Source: Phoronis australis (Eukaryota > Animalia > Phoronida). From it: a stretch of 64,000 nt of DNA. The stretch lies in NCBI GenBank assembly GCA_002633005.1, contig NMRA01000004.1, positions 1,774,891 to 1,838,890 on the forward strand, read 5' to 3'. The notes below the pieces were generated by a model. That model had not been told where the DNA came from. It was given only the letters and a program-made list of their open reading frames with translations, and made no database searches. Positions 37,601 through 50,665 of the stretch are shown here, piece by piece. Every line of letters starts with the position of its first letter. Positions within the stretch are counted from its first letter, which is position 1. The position numbers and the translations under genes are program-made.

Positions 37601-39083
37601 TACTCACCCATTTAGAGAGTGGACTCTAAAAGGGCACCTTTTTATGAAGATTCCATGAGACGAGTCTTGTTTCAGAAGCACCACCCTTATGAAGGGAGCT
37701 TCCATTAGACGAGTCTTGTTTCAGAAGCACCACCCTTATGAAGGGAGCTTCCACGAGACGAGTGTTGTTTCAGAAGTACCACCCTTATGAAGGAAGCTTC
37801 CATGAGACGAGTCTTGTTTCAGAAGCACCACTCTTATGAAGGGAGCTTCCATGAGGCGAATCTTGTTTCAAAAGCACCACCCTTAGGAAGGGGTTGATTC
37901 CAAAAACGTATTACCGCGATTCGAAGACACACAAAACGGCGCAAAAAGAGGTGCGAGGATGTCAAAAATTGGTACACATTACACAAGGGGACTTTTAAAA
38001 AGTAGGGCAAGGAGTCAACTTTCCCTTTAATTAATCCGCTATGCCAATTTTCACACTGATGAAGAACAAAATACGTATTAAATGATATAGGAACAGAAAG
38101 CTTCATTGAAGACGAATAATGCAGGAGCAGCCTTATTACAGCTTTCATTTCGCGGAAATTGTTTAAAAGGTTGAAAACAAAGCAAGGTTTGGAGACAAAA
38201 CTGCAGAATGTCAGCATTGTTTACAGAACTTGTGCCCGTTCCAACAAAACTGACTAAGCTAAGACAAATCTTAAATTTAAGCCAATTTTAAGATGGAATT
38301 TCTGAAGTAAGTTCGATCAAAATTGATTTTAAGTTTGAATTAAGCTTGTTACAGTTCCTGAAACAAATTCAAGTGTCGATTACGTCGACGCGACACCATC
38401 TGAGTCTGTTGCATAGATACTCTATAGTGATAGCTGATTTTCTGACGAGCTTTTACGTTGGTTTCGTGGGCGTCACTCTTGAATTACTGCCGCGGTAACT
38501 GAATGTTCGATTGCAAAGCACCGCTGTACTGGTGTACCAGCCTCCAGTTCAGTAACGCTAAGACCTCGCTAAAAAGCGAGACTTCGCGAGATTACGTGAG
38601 ATATTGCCGTGTATTTTTGAATGAGAACACGTGACTTGAACTAGGTTTTAGCTAGGTCCTAGCGTAGGTCCTAGCGTCTACTGAACGCACGCCAGATGTG
38701 GGTAACTCTGTAGAGCAGTGTTGCCCTCTGTCGGTCCATCTCTCAAGATATCACTTAAATCTTTGTACCTCCGTTAGGGAAGGAATATCCATTTTGCGTT
38801 TTCATTCAACGAGGGAGCCGTCGTCGGCGTGTTGCCCGAAAGGCCGACTCACTCAGACCTCATTACAAATGGGATTTCTGTGCTAACTGAGAGTATGTCA
38901 AAGTTTTAACATCTGAATAATATGTCTTGGTAGAAATTACAATAATAGATGTTTTGCAAAAAAGATTAAATAATACGACTTTTCTCCCATGTTTTTTCAT
39001 TTCAGAAAGTTGCTGTGAAGGGTACTGACGGCGCGATACTTGCCTCTGGATCAGCTACTTATCAACTCGTGGAAGATAATTAG
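31657..39083 (+). CDS. Fatty-acid-binding/intracellular lipid-binding (calycin) family protein, paralog A, 143 aa
   Basis: Exons 31657-31726, 35077-35255, 37395-37499, 39006-39083 with intron phases 1,0,0, the canonical iLBP layout. It has an N-terminal GxW motif (MDDIIGTWEFVSAVN), an FQLG..F motif and typical size. The acceptor at 31633-31634 implies an upstream non-coding exon. Confidence 0.85.
31869..32357. mobile_element. Kolobok-like MITE (GGTTATGTAAGATC terminus); related single ends lie at ~35702-35720 and 57079-57093
   Basis: TTAA|GGTTATGTAAGATC at the left and a degenerate CATAACT|TTAA at the right. GATCTTACATAACC|TTAA occurs at 57080-57097. Confidence 0.5.
32861..33017 (+). promoter_or_regulatory. 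Heat-shock element cluster plus TATA box in the LTR U3 region
   Basis: Perfect 4-unit HSEs gGAAcaTTCtaGAAgaTTCt (32861-32880) and aTTCcgGAAagTTCtaGAAt (32951-32970), a partial HSE at 32991-33003, and TATAAA at 33012. Confidence 0.7.
33301..34630 (+). mobile_element. Non-autonomous Kolobok DNA transposon with a frameshifted THAP domain and ~315-bp inverted arms
   Basis: TTAA|AGGCGAAGGCAACC ... GGTTGCCTTCGCCT|TTAA. THAP signature CCVPGC..FPKD..W..VCGKHF..GTIP at 33568-33860, then the LELFRRC...WECVAGHSGKW motif seen in Kolobok transposase N-termini. No DDE domain. Confidence 0.88.
35871..36902. mobile_element. IS3EU-like non-autonomous element with a nested hAT-like fragment (~36110-36270)
   Basis: Inverted ends of ~100 bp with GATCTCGAGATCC subrepeats. 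The right terminus is CCGTA and the 6-bp flanks are CATGAC/CATGAT. Confidence 0.55.
37643..37892. repeat. Minisatellite, 49-bp unit, ~5 copies
   Basis: TATGAAGGGAGCTTCCATGAGACGAGTCTTGTTTCAGAAGCACCACCCT is repeated. Confidence 0.95.
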
Positions 39084-40107
39084 GCAAATCCCTATTTGAG
39101 GTGAAAGAAATGTGGAGAAAGTGAATTTCTCTGAAAACCTTTGCAGGACCAAAATTTATGTCAAGGAGTTTTCTAAAATTCTGAGGTCAAGGGTATCCAG
39201 TGGGACCAAAATATAGCATTTTTGAGGTGTTGGAAATGTTTGACCTACTGTTGTGAGTTCATATTACAATAAATCTCTTTCACGAAAATCACAATTTTAT
39301 TTATGATAATTCCAACAAATTTCATGGTGTTACCTCGAGTTCTTTGTTTGTAACAAAACTTAAAAATGGGACCAGTATACCGATATTTTTTGAATTCTAA
39401 GCAAAGGTTATCACTAATATCTCAAAAACTGTTTATTCCAGTCATCTGCTATTTTAATACATGGAAAAGTTTTCGGTAAATGTGAAGTCAAAGACATATT
39501 TGTTTCATCCATTGGTGGTAAATACATAACTAACCTAATTGCTCATGTAGACATAGTTTACAATACAAGTCATCATGAACATTCAGCCCCAACCGTTACA
39601 ACAGAGAAAACGTGCACAATGATTTTATGATGAATAAAAACATGTTGTTTCTAAACTAAACTTCTTATTGTTAAATGTCAGGTATAAAATGATAAAAGTG
39701 TCTATAATTTATTAATTGCTAGTTAAACTGTTGATTAAATCTCAATAACTCTTGAGTGTGCAACGGTTTGTTTAAAGGGATTACAACAGAACTTGTGTTT
39801 TACTAGTGCAATAGGAATATATCGCTCGTATCCTGAATATTATTTAGAGTTACTGGACATGTGAGTGAGTTTTCACATATCTACACAGCGAAGTCCAAAC
39901 TTCGTGGACTGGGCTCTGCTTACTAGTACGTAAGAGTGGGGCCCTGAGGCCAAGAACGACTCGGAGGCGAGTTTTGTTTTGAGTTACTTGCGATCTCTTT
40001 TTGGGTGCCTTACTGGTGCCTGAATACCAAGCTGCTGCTGAATAATCAAATTGGCATTAAAACAAAAATACAACGGGTTTTGTTGCTTTGTAGCTGTGCT
40101 CAAAGCT

Positions 40108-40533
40108 TATAACTTCAAGAAGTCTATTCCATCCATCAATAATAATAACTTCAAGAAGTCTATTCCATCCATCAATAATAATAAAGCTTCAAGAAGTCTA
40201 TCCCACCCATCAATACTAATAATTTCAACAAGTCTATCCCGCCCAACAATAATAGTAACTTCAAGGCGTCTATTCCATCCATCAATAATAATAACTTCAA
40301 GAAGTCTATCCCATCCAACAATGATAATTTCAAGAAGTCTGTTCCATCCACCAATAATAATAATTTCAAGAAGGCTATCCCACCCATGAACAATAATAAT
40401 TTCAACAAGGTTTTCCCACCCAACAATAATAATAAGTTCAAGAAGTATATCCCATCCAACAACAATAATAACTTCAAGAGGTCTATTCCATCCAACAATA
40501 ATAATAACTTCAAGAAGTCTATTCCATCCAACA
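40108..40533. repeat. Minisatellite, ~35-bp unit, ~12 copies
   Basis: AATAATAACTTCAAGAAGTCTATYCCATCCA(T/A)C is repeated, which explains the spurious periodic ORFs here. Confidence 0.95.
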
Positions 40534-43500
40534 GTAACCCCTAAAATTCCTGTTTCGTCCGTAAAAATGATAATATCACTTTAATTCGTCTCAATGTATA
40601 CAAATTGTTGAAAATATGGACATGCGGTCCGAAAGCTTTCTGGAAGCCGAAAAAAGTCAGGTTTGAACAATGTTTTGCTCTTAGAGAATTAGTTTGATTA
40701 AACCATTGCATGAGCACGAATTCAGTGAAATACAGAATGGACCCTCGCCCTCATAACACGATTACTATTGGAACGCAAATCAAAGCACTGACATTTTTAT
40801 AACGTCTCATTTTTACGATTTAATGACTTTCTTTTATCACCTTCCATCTCTCCATTATTCATGAGTGACATTTCCATGCTATCTCTTTATTTCTTTAACC
40901 TAACGTTTGGAAATTAGGCATTTATCTATAGTGTTCTTTAGCTAGACGAGAAATGCTTACACCTTGATGTATTATTTTTACGGTTGTACCTGATAATAGC
41001 GCGCCATATTCGGCCACTGAATGATACGTAAATGTATAAGGGCCAGTGGCTTTAATACTGCCAATAACGTGTAGTATATTTATCTAAATATCTTTATCGG
41101 AATCTATTTTACCTAGTTTGACTTATGCTGCGAGCTACATTGCAGTGTAAAAGAAGAGGCGGGTTGTCGAAAAATTCATTTATTAAGACGTATTCCCAAA
41201 AACAAACATAAAAGACCATGCAAGATGGGCGTTAGAACAAACGCCATTTTGACAATGGGGGAATGCTGTTATCGGTCATCCGAGGTAGCAAACCCCAGAA
41301 AGGGTATGTGCAATGAAAAGTAAATAGCAACAAGATGGCTTATACCAGACAACTGGGAGTACAATATGAATAAAAGTAACAGAATAGGCGAGAAAAGTGA
41401 TTCTTAAATCAGCCAAACTTGTAATCGAACCAGAAATCCCGGCGGTCGCAGCCTAACGGAGTTAAATCCCACTTGTTAAAAAGCAACGTATCTAAGCGTT
41501 GTTAAGTTGTAAAATTACCGGCCTTGAATTCAGCGAATGTGTGGCAGCCAACGACAAGAGTTGGTGATTTGTAATAAAATCACGAAAACAACGGATTGTG
41601 TTGTTTCATAGTTATGGTCAATACTAAAAACTTCGAGAAGATTATCCCAACCAACAATATCCCCAAAACTAATTTAGGCCGTAAAATCGATAATGTTCCT
41701 TTCATGGATATGTCACGAGGAAAACGAACAAGCAAGCACTAGATCCTGTTTTGGTGATTCAGCCTGAAAGCTGTTCTGCCATCTGCTACTTCTCTTTCCA
41801 AAATATTTAGAGTTGACGAGGGTTAGAATTTGTTTCAAAAGTTTAAGTAATTCAGTCCTAATGAATATCTGTTCATGCGCGCACCCAAGGGGGGCTCGAA
41901 GTGGGCAAAAAGGTCCGTATCAGACAAACAAAAAGGCGCGAATGCACAGTTCGTATCTCTGAGCCTGGTGCTCCGTTTTTCTAGTCCTCCGATTTTTGTT
42001 AGTAAAAGGTTCACATGGTCAAAAATTCGAGCCTCCCTGAACTTTAGGCTGGGTACACGCATGCTGTTTATAGGCAAAAAAGGTTTATTTCGTGACTTTT
42101 GAGCTGATCGTCGACAGTGGGACTAAAGTACACACCCTTGTACACTTGAACTGGAATATGAGGTCTTACGTCTTTTCAGTTCAGCTAGCGTCTCTTCTTC
42201 ATTTTTATTATTTCAAAACCCCCATTACTAATACAAAATAGACAGATACAACTACAAGTAACAAATATAAACTGCAGCTCTGTGGTAACGTGAGTCATTA
42301 TTTGTAGAAATTTGTAAACCAAGAAAGAGGATTTTCTTGTAACATTCGACAGTTTCTGATTGAGTTACGCCCAATACACATTTTCAACCAATGTACATCC
42401 ATCCATAGAGTTTTAAGAGTCACTGCATGAGAAAGTCAGGCAGATGCGAGAACATGACATGTCACGGATTTTTTTTTGAAATATAGCTTATTTTTACTCT
42501 TAGGTGGAATGGTCAACACTTTATTTAAAATAGCTAATTTCTTCACGGAAAACTTGCCCCCTCGAAATTTTTGGCTAGTTTATGGCTTCGGAAACCATCA
42601 AATTTTAGCATTTTTTGTTGCATCACTGTGCAACAACGACAAATTAACAGAAACTAAGAATGACATACTGAATAAACACAACTTCTGTCTACATGAAAAT
42701 GTAAAACTCATAGTTGAAACGTATTTGAAAATTTAGCTATTTTTGTTACTTATTCAACCCACCTGAGTCAAAATGTGTAACTGGTGGAAATGCCCTTTAT
42801 TCGATCGTTATTTCTTTTACCGCGCAAAACACTCAGAAATGTAACATAGTACATGTGAAAGCTGAGCCTTTGTAGAGTACATATCTATTAAAACATTCGT
42901 GGACAGCGACCTGTGTGTCCTGCATGCTTTGATTGAAACCAACCACTTCGCTGATATCGGTCGTCCTGTTCGCCATTACTGTCACACTTCCATTAACAAA
43001 CCAACAAAGTTCTAAACATTTATGAGTAACAAAAAACGATGTCAACAAGATCGTTAAGATTTTTCAAAGCTCGAAATCGGAATTACATTAAAATTCTTGA
43101 GGCTAATGCTCAGAACTTTACAATTAAAGATGAAATTATGACCTCAAAACGGTCGGTCCTGTAATGTGTACTTGACGTCTAGTAACGTTAAGTGCTTCCG
43201 AAAAAATAGGAACGTATATTAGCACGAGACAAGCCAAAAATCATACTTGATTGAATGGTTATTGCTAACCATACCTTTTAAGTACCGAAGACCCACGGGG
43301 AGCACTGATCCTCTAAAGGTGAGAATCTTCCGGGTAGTAATTTTTCTGCTGCTCATCAGATGGCGCACCCGGTTTACCTTCTGTTGAGCAAGTTGCACTC
43401 ATTACGCATTGCAAAGTCAATATTTTTGGGCGCGCCCAAGCGTGTAACTTTGAGAAATCCTACATTTTGCTAACTATTCAATGCACGGAAAACGTATATT

Positions 43501-44129
43501 GGCTATTGCTATTTCTATAGGAGTGTTTTCGCCAACCTCCACTCAACAGTTCTTGAAGCAACGTTTCAGCCAGTTGTATTTACAATTATCACCGGGACTT
43601 CCATTTTAGTGATGACGATTGCAACGTAGATTCGACGAAGCATTGCAGGTTCAGATGAGAATGGACCAGAAGATTCCAACCGTGATTATAGAACATCCCT
43701 AACAATATGAATTCGAGATGTACATAAAAATACTACATAGGGCTAGCAATGTCATTGATTAATCTGGGCATCAGATGTAAACCTCTACCAGATACAGAAT
43801 TTCAAAAGGGGCAATTGTAGTGGTGTTATGAATTTGAAATACAGACAGACTACGAAAATGTCAAATTATTTTACTGAAGGTATCGGGGAACTTAAGTGTT
43901 TTATTATCTAATACTCATGGAAACTCTGACTTGCAACACATAGAAAAACACATCAGTGCAGTATTTATTACACAGGAAATTTATACAACGCAGCCTTTGG
44001 TCATGGTTGACATCGAGCTACGGATAGGACACTTTAGTTTCCCACCTGTAAATTGATTATAGTGCATACGTGTATTATACCAGTGTGGGTGTTAAAGCTG
44101 GTTGTGAACGTTTAGCTTTGGGTATCGAG

Positions 44130-45420
44130 ATCTTTGATCAAAAAAAGTAAAAATGAAACCATATTCTACATCACACTGCAATTTTTGTCAGCATCATACA
44201 AAAACAGGAAAAACGGGAAAGTGCCGAAGATTGCATCTCTGGCAGTATGCTTCCAGGGATGTTCATAATATGTAATATACAAAATACAAAACCTCTAGGT
44301 GGTGCAGCATACATTATATTCATCTGAAACAAGACAATCGCTGTCACATTCTTGCCAAATTCCATACATCAAAATACTTGGTTGATACAGAACCGCTAGA
44401 GGACACCACAGCACTGAGAAGTCCTAAAATTTATGCCGGGCATACTCTCCTCATTAATGTAACACATACATAATATTGCACCCAGATTCATCAACACAAC
44501 TTTGTAAATATTGCAGAGCAGAAAAACAAATGAATTGCCACTCCGGTCGCCTCAGTGATTGCACCCTTCAGAAAACCTGTCAGTCGTGATCATCTAAATA
44601 GGAACACATGAGCAAAATTTCAGAACTATCCTCCAAGCAATTTCAAGAACAGAGAGGCTGTTGCCAGAAATAATATTCTTTAGTGGCACAGAATATTTTA
44701 AATCTAGCCGAAAATAGCAGTTTGTTCTCGTTTCCTCAACCAAAACAAATATACCATATTGCACGAAAATACATCAAGAAACTTGGTAGATATAGAGGCA
44801 TACATAAAGAAAACCTAAATTGCCATTAACCAGTGCTGTAGTGGCGCGTAGGCACAGGTAGGCGCAACCAACCACCTTTTGGCATTTGAACGTAGTGCCT
44901 ACGCACCATAAGTTATGTTCAGTGCTCAAGGTGATACGGTGGGCTTTGGACGCCTACTTACCTTTAATTTTACCCCTACAGCACTGCCATTAAAGGGCAC
45001 CATAGGAGATCGTCCAATCAACAATCAGTGTCAGTCGTGCTCATCTCAATGGCAACATTTCTGTACAGATTACATAGGTACGCCAGGAAGTAGGAAAATG
45101 TGGCTGTTTCCATAACTGAAACTTATTAGCGAAATTTGATGAAAATCAGTCAAGGAAATTGCTAGATGAAGAGACTAACATGAAGAAGTAAAGTTGCCAC
45201 TAGGGGCCCAGTGGTAGTAAAATACACCCCAGAACTTTCTTGGGTCATCTCATTTGTAAAATTTCACATTCACTAAGCATTTGGAGATGAAGCAGCAGAT
45301 GCCAGACAAAAAGACCGGGATGACAGCATAAAGGGTTTACACACGCATGCTTGCGAACAGTCATACAGAACAAGGCAAAAGTAATCAGACAATATAAATC
45401 TTTGCCCCACTTGATGGGTA
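44130..45420. repeat. HINE/pearl-like modular repeat, opposite in orientation to 25240-28080
   Basis: Cores CCTCTAGGTGGTGC (44292) and GCCACTAGGGGCCC (45196), AAAATTTCA/AAATTTGATGAAAAT blocks, an ACAG-rich tail and a terminal CCCCAC..ATGGG hairpin-like end. Confidence 0.45.
44831..44986. mobile_element. hAT-type MITE (156 bp)
   Basis: TIR CAGTGCTGTAG / CTACAGCACTG with an 8-bp TSD CCATTAAC/CCATTAAA. Confidence 0.8.
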
Positions 45421-48400
45421 GTCCTGTTAGTGCAAAAATGACTGGTAATAACTATTACTACAGCTAATTACAGAATGTCTTAGCCACCATACTAACTTTC
45501 CTGTTTCCCTTCATTTTCAGTCACAAAGGAAGACTACTTTGACCACGAATTCTACTTTTGCCCCAGCTGTCATGGCAAGGAATTCCGGGTCATTTTGTCA
45601 GGATACGTTTTTCTTGTACTGTATATTAATGTATACAAATAACCCGGAAATGACAGTTAAAGGAACACTCTTGGCGTGAGAAAAAAATTCACAGAAAATA
45701 TGGAATCAAACTAACTAGTAACATTACTTAGCAATAGACACACCGTAAGTTGCACAACAGGAATACAGTAACACTGATGATTACGATCTACATGGACACT
45801 GCTCAAGATATTCAAACAGCTGTTCTATGATTGTGTCCTGTAGTTCTTGTTTGTTGAGAACACCTCACTGGATCGCTTTTTTGACCAGTTTAACGCATCA
45901 GCCAGAAACATCTTTACGCTTTCAGTCATTATTTCAGACCTTTATGCTGACTTCAGACCCCACCCCATTGTGCTGTATGACTCTCCTGCAGTTTGGGTAC
46001 TAGCTTCCTGCATTTTTACACCTGCAAATGTAAAACTCAATAAGATAGTATATGCTATCTAGTCCATTGGCACACTACCAGAACAACAATTGTCAAACAT
46101 TCGTAAACACCACTCACACACCTAATTGTAAGCTGATCCCTGTTCACACAAATCAAACATAGCTTTTGCAACAAACAATCAGTTCAAAATCTCACGTGAC
46201 TAAGAATCATGTGCATGACTCAGGGAAGAATGTGTGAGGACTGTTTAAAGTCCTTCTTGCAAACTGCCCATGTGGTTCCAGTATCCGAAAATACTTACTA
46301 CATAAATTCTTACTTTCGACACCCTTTCTTTATATTCTTTTCGCCTTTCTTGCCAAAAGCGATTTTTTAACAGTATTTGACCCTTCTCTCTGAGCGTATG
46401 ATTACCCGTTGTCATCGGTTATTTCCGTACCCACATTTCCGGCTCAATAGTTCAGGAACTTGTCCTGAATGCCGCCATTTTTTCCTTGTAACTGAATGTG
46501 CTATGGCTTGCTCGAAAAGTCTTCAGTATTTTGTTTTATTAGTAATATATCGTGATTCGTTTGCATATGTAGTGTATTTATAGTTTGTAGTTAGTGGTCG
46601 TTGATTTTTTATGGAATGTTACGCGTACTTAGTATGTTAAAATAGCATTCAGTTGGTGTTTAGTTCCTTACGTAGGCGGGTCGAACCTAGGAACCAATAT
46701 GGGTCGAACCAATTTTTTCCGGTTTTATTTTTTTCCTCGTTTTGAAAAAGTACTTTGCTATCATCGGAAAGGTAGTACTTTCTACTCAGTATCAAAATCG
46801 GGGCAAGCACTGTAACGTTATTGCAAGTTTTGTGGCGAAATTTGGGTCACTTTGTTTGGATCGCGTCGGCCATATTGGAGGACAGCGGGATGAGTTACGA
46901 GTTTAAAACTTTGTGTAAATTGTTTTCGCCAACAAATTGCGGTGAAATTTAGTTAGACATATCTTTACTTACTATTCTGCACGATTTAGCAGTGTTCACC
47001 AAATTTCAGCCTCGCAGTTGTTACTCATTAAGTGATAAATGTGCTCACAATTCCCGTTGGACTTCGTCTCATTTCTGGCGGCACCTACAATGTCGACTTT
47101 TGCTGAACTGAAAGGCATGTTCAATCGGCTACTTTGTAATTTGTGAAGATTTAACGTTGATACATTTTGACAAACGTTGCTACAAAAAAGAAACTTTGTT
47201 CAATTTTCGTGTTTTTTGTGTTTGTGGCCAGCGACCAGTTAGGCCTAAGGGTAGTCTTGGCGCAAAGCTGTATAGGCCTACTAACAAGCTGTATTTTGAC
47301 TATAGTCTTCACTGGTAGCTGGTGACTGAGGCTAACTAAGGTCTGCCGCGGCAGTGTGACACAGGACTAACCAGCCCGTAATTTCATGCAAGTGTCTGAA
47401 ACTACCCTTGAATATATGCAGCATTTATCATTTGACCATTTTACTTCGACAAAACAGCTTGCAACCGCATGCATTTACCGTTCGCCAGTGTCTGGTCTCG
47501 ATCCGCACCGGGTCCGATAGGCTGCGGTCCCGAGTCTGGCAAAATAATTTCTGTCAAAATTTATTCGCCACATTTCTTCAGCAAATTCCATAAAATTGTC
47601 CGTAGTTTGATTTTATCAAAATTAAGGCGCGCTGTCGATTTTTTTATCCCTGTTTGCTGGCTGGTAACAGTACAGGCACTGCTCCAGTCGCACTGACGGC
47701 GTTTTCTTAGCCTGGGTTCCTGAATGAATTGTACTTCCGGGTTCGCGGCAAGTTCAAAATCCGTGTTTCTTCGGGTGCGAATCGTGAGTGGCGCGTTCAT
47801 TTAAACTGTTTTCGAGTACGGATCGTGTATTAGTTATGGACTAGGTACTTCTTGGATCCTTATAACATCTTCTAACCATGTAATAAGGGTTAACAACGCG
47901 GGAGAGAAGGACTTTAAAGGTAACAAAGCTGGATGCAACACCAGGAGCCATGCTTTTTGGATGAGTAGCCATGTTTTGTGAATGCACAAAATGTGCTTAC
48001 AAAATCCAAATGTTGTGGTCATAAGTGAGAGAATTGTGCTGTTTGAGTGGTGTGATTGATACAATAATCCACGTCAAAATAATCTAACCTAAATTTGTGG
48101 GAACGTCCAAGCCATGGCTGCATAAGCTGTTGAGTAGCATGCTTCACAACAGCTTCACTTTTTGTTGGGTTGTAATTTAGAACATCACACAGCGTATTTC
48201 CATGTTGACTATTAAGTCAACTAGGAACAGTCAGTGACTAAAATGCACAGGAAAGGTTATACGTCAAACTTATAGATTTGTGATGCCAAATTGAGTTCAA
48301 CGAGCATGCTGTTAGATCATGAACTTCACCTTCTATACCAGTGACTTTGGCAGCCCACTTTCTCCCCACATCAGCGATGATCTTCAAGTGCTGTTGGCTG

Positions 48401-48680
48401 TTTATCATGCCAGCCCATGCTAACCTGCTGTTTAAGTTCGTTTCGAGAGGCAAAAGTGTTGTTACAGCCATCTTTATGCATTCTCAATTACAAAATGGAT
48501 AGTTTTTACTTTTTAAACGCCCGCAAAGTGGTTTAATTCCCATGGAAACATAGCGCATTTTCAACAGTCGCGCAAAAGGGGTTAGGCCATTTTTTCATCG
48601 GATTTAGTTATTCGTTATATATTTACAAAGTGACGAAAGACAAAACTGATTTTTATATTTTTGTAACTAATTCACCCCAA

Positions 48681-48682
<2 letters not shown>

Positions 48683-48723
<41 letters not shown>
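48683..48723. repeat. (TA)n microsatellite
   Basis: About 20 TA units. Confidence 0.98.
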
Positions 48724-48725
<2 letters not shown>

Positions 48726-50403
48726 AATTAAAATTCGTGACATGTCATGTTCCCATAATATTGCAAATTGCCTGACGTTCTCATGCAGCGACTCTTAATT
48801 GGGTGTTCTGCGTTCTATACCAACCCATACTCAATCAAGTGATGTTATGATTTGGGTTTGCTGTTGCAATTTTCACTATGAAAATGAAAGATTAGAGTTG
48901 TAAAACGAACCAGTTCCAATTTGTATTTTTTCAGCTCCGTGTTTCTTTCACAAACGAAAGAACATTTTTACATTTACAACTAATGTCATTGTTTTTAAAA
49001 TGTTCCATTTGCACACGAGGGGCTGTCAAACATTGAACAATTATTATTTTATGCATTAAACGAAAACGAAATGACATTTATAAAAACTGAACGTTTATAT
49101 CAAATGAAATATGACCAGCTCATAAACGTACACGTTTTGGTGAATCACGACTGTTTTGCTTAATTCCACCCAATTAATGGCAGACTAGTATAAAGCCAAA
49201 ATGATATCCTACAGCCTTTCTACTTTCCGAGAATGTACACTTTTAGTGGTTAAATTTTATATAAAGCCTCGAGTTACTTATTTTCCCAGAATTAAGGTAT
49301 TATGGATATACAAATGTCCAAAACACACTAAAATTTCTTATACCTTAGAGATATCTAACTGATGGAAATATTGTCACAAAACTGAAAGTTTTATCACTTT
49401 TTAGGTGAAATGCATGAAAATGCTGCTGTTCAGCGAGTGGCTGCAAAAAGACCTCGCGCGACCTCGGGATTTCAAACATTCCTGAACAGATCCCAAGGCA
49501 TGAAAACAATCGATGTCCTTTACCGTATATTGCACCTTGTTGCCACATTCCCATTCAATGTATAAACATGACCTGGCTAAAGAGTACTTTGCAAGGCAGT
49601 GAGGTTTGTCACCTTTTTATAGTCGTCATAATAAATGACCTACATCGAGTCAACGACCTGTGATTTAAATGGCTTTAATACAATAGCAGCGCAGCGACCT
49701 GGCTAGTGCAAAGACGACCAGGTAAGCTGTTGGACTAGTTACCAATGTATCTAATTCCACTATTATTTTCAAGTGTCAAGTGCACCCGGTATATGTCCAG
49801 ATATCTGGCTGGTAAACGAAATGTGTACGTGCTGAAGTGCTGACGATGGGGAGAACAATTATAAAAAAACGTACTGTCTCGTTCCCTCAAACCAACATGG
49901 ACAGGAAAGTCAATGGCGGGGATTTTCGTCACATTGCATTGTGTTGCGTTATTTTCCGCCGTTGCCAAGATATTACATTGGCATTCTGTCATACCCAATT
50001 AATGGAATATAGCCTTAACAAAGTTTACAAAAAATGTGACTGGCGCGGGCTTGTTATGTTCTCTTCTAACGAGTTCTCAGACCACACCCAGTTTCTGGTC
50101 AGGTAAACTAAGAAAACTCGCCATGAAAAGAGTAATGGCAGGCGTAACACAAAACACGTCTTCACCACTCCATTTTGCAATCTGCTTGTGAATATGAATT
50201 CCTAAAATCGCTGAGGTGGTGATGTATTAACATCAGTTCTAAAATCTATCGGTCTATTTACTCCAACCCGTTTAGCCCTTCTTCAGCTCATCATGTTTCA
50301 TCATTTTTAGAAGAACGAGCACACGCCCAATGGGTTGTTTTTCGATGCTTTTATTGGCTTTTGTCTTTTGATCTTCATCTAAAATCAGTCTATGGATGGT
50401 TTA

Positions 50404-50665
50404 GCCCGTGTTACGAAAACGATCTAAGGCTAAAAGTCAAAATCTGTATCAGCTCAAAGTCAAAGGACAGAAGCACGTACTAGTCTGCCCGACTAGACAG
50501 AAAAGAAAACGTTTCGATAAACTAAAAAGAAACTTCAAAAACCGAAGGATGTTTCTGTTGTCTTTTGGTTTTGGCGTTTAGTCTGCTCTCGAGCAAGCTT
50601 TTGTCTTGGAGTTGTAGATAAATGTTCTGAAGTTTAGCTCAGTTAGTTTGACTTCGTAACCAGGC
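50404..50665. mobile_element. PIF/Harbinger-like MITE
   Basis: TTA|GCCCGTGTTACGAA ... TTCGTAACCAGGC|TAA: imperfect TIR with TWA-type flanks. Confidence 0.5.

Larger units (their letters stand above)
42417..48794. mobile_element. 6.4-kb Kolobok-type composite element bounded by ~60-bp TIRs and a TTAA TSD
   Basis: TTAA|GAGTCACTGCATGAGAA.GTCAGGCA...AACATGACATGTCACG at the left and CGTGACATGTCATGTT...TGCCTGAC.TTCTCATGCAGCGACTC|TTAA at the right. No intact ORF; it contains nested repeats. Confidence 0.7.

Noticed and set aside
40051-40531. Leu/Ile-rich periodic ORFs
   Set aside because: They are translations of a minisatellite.
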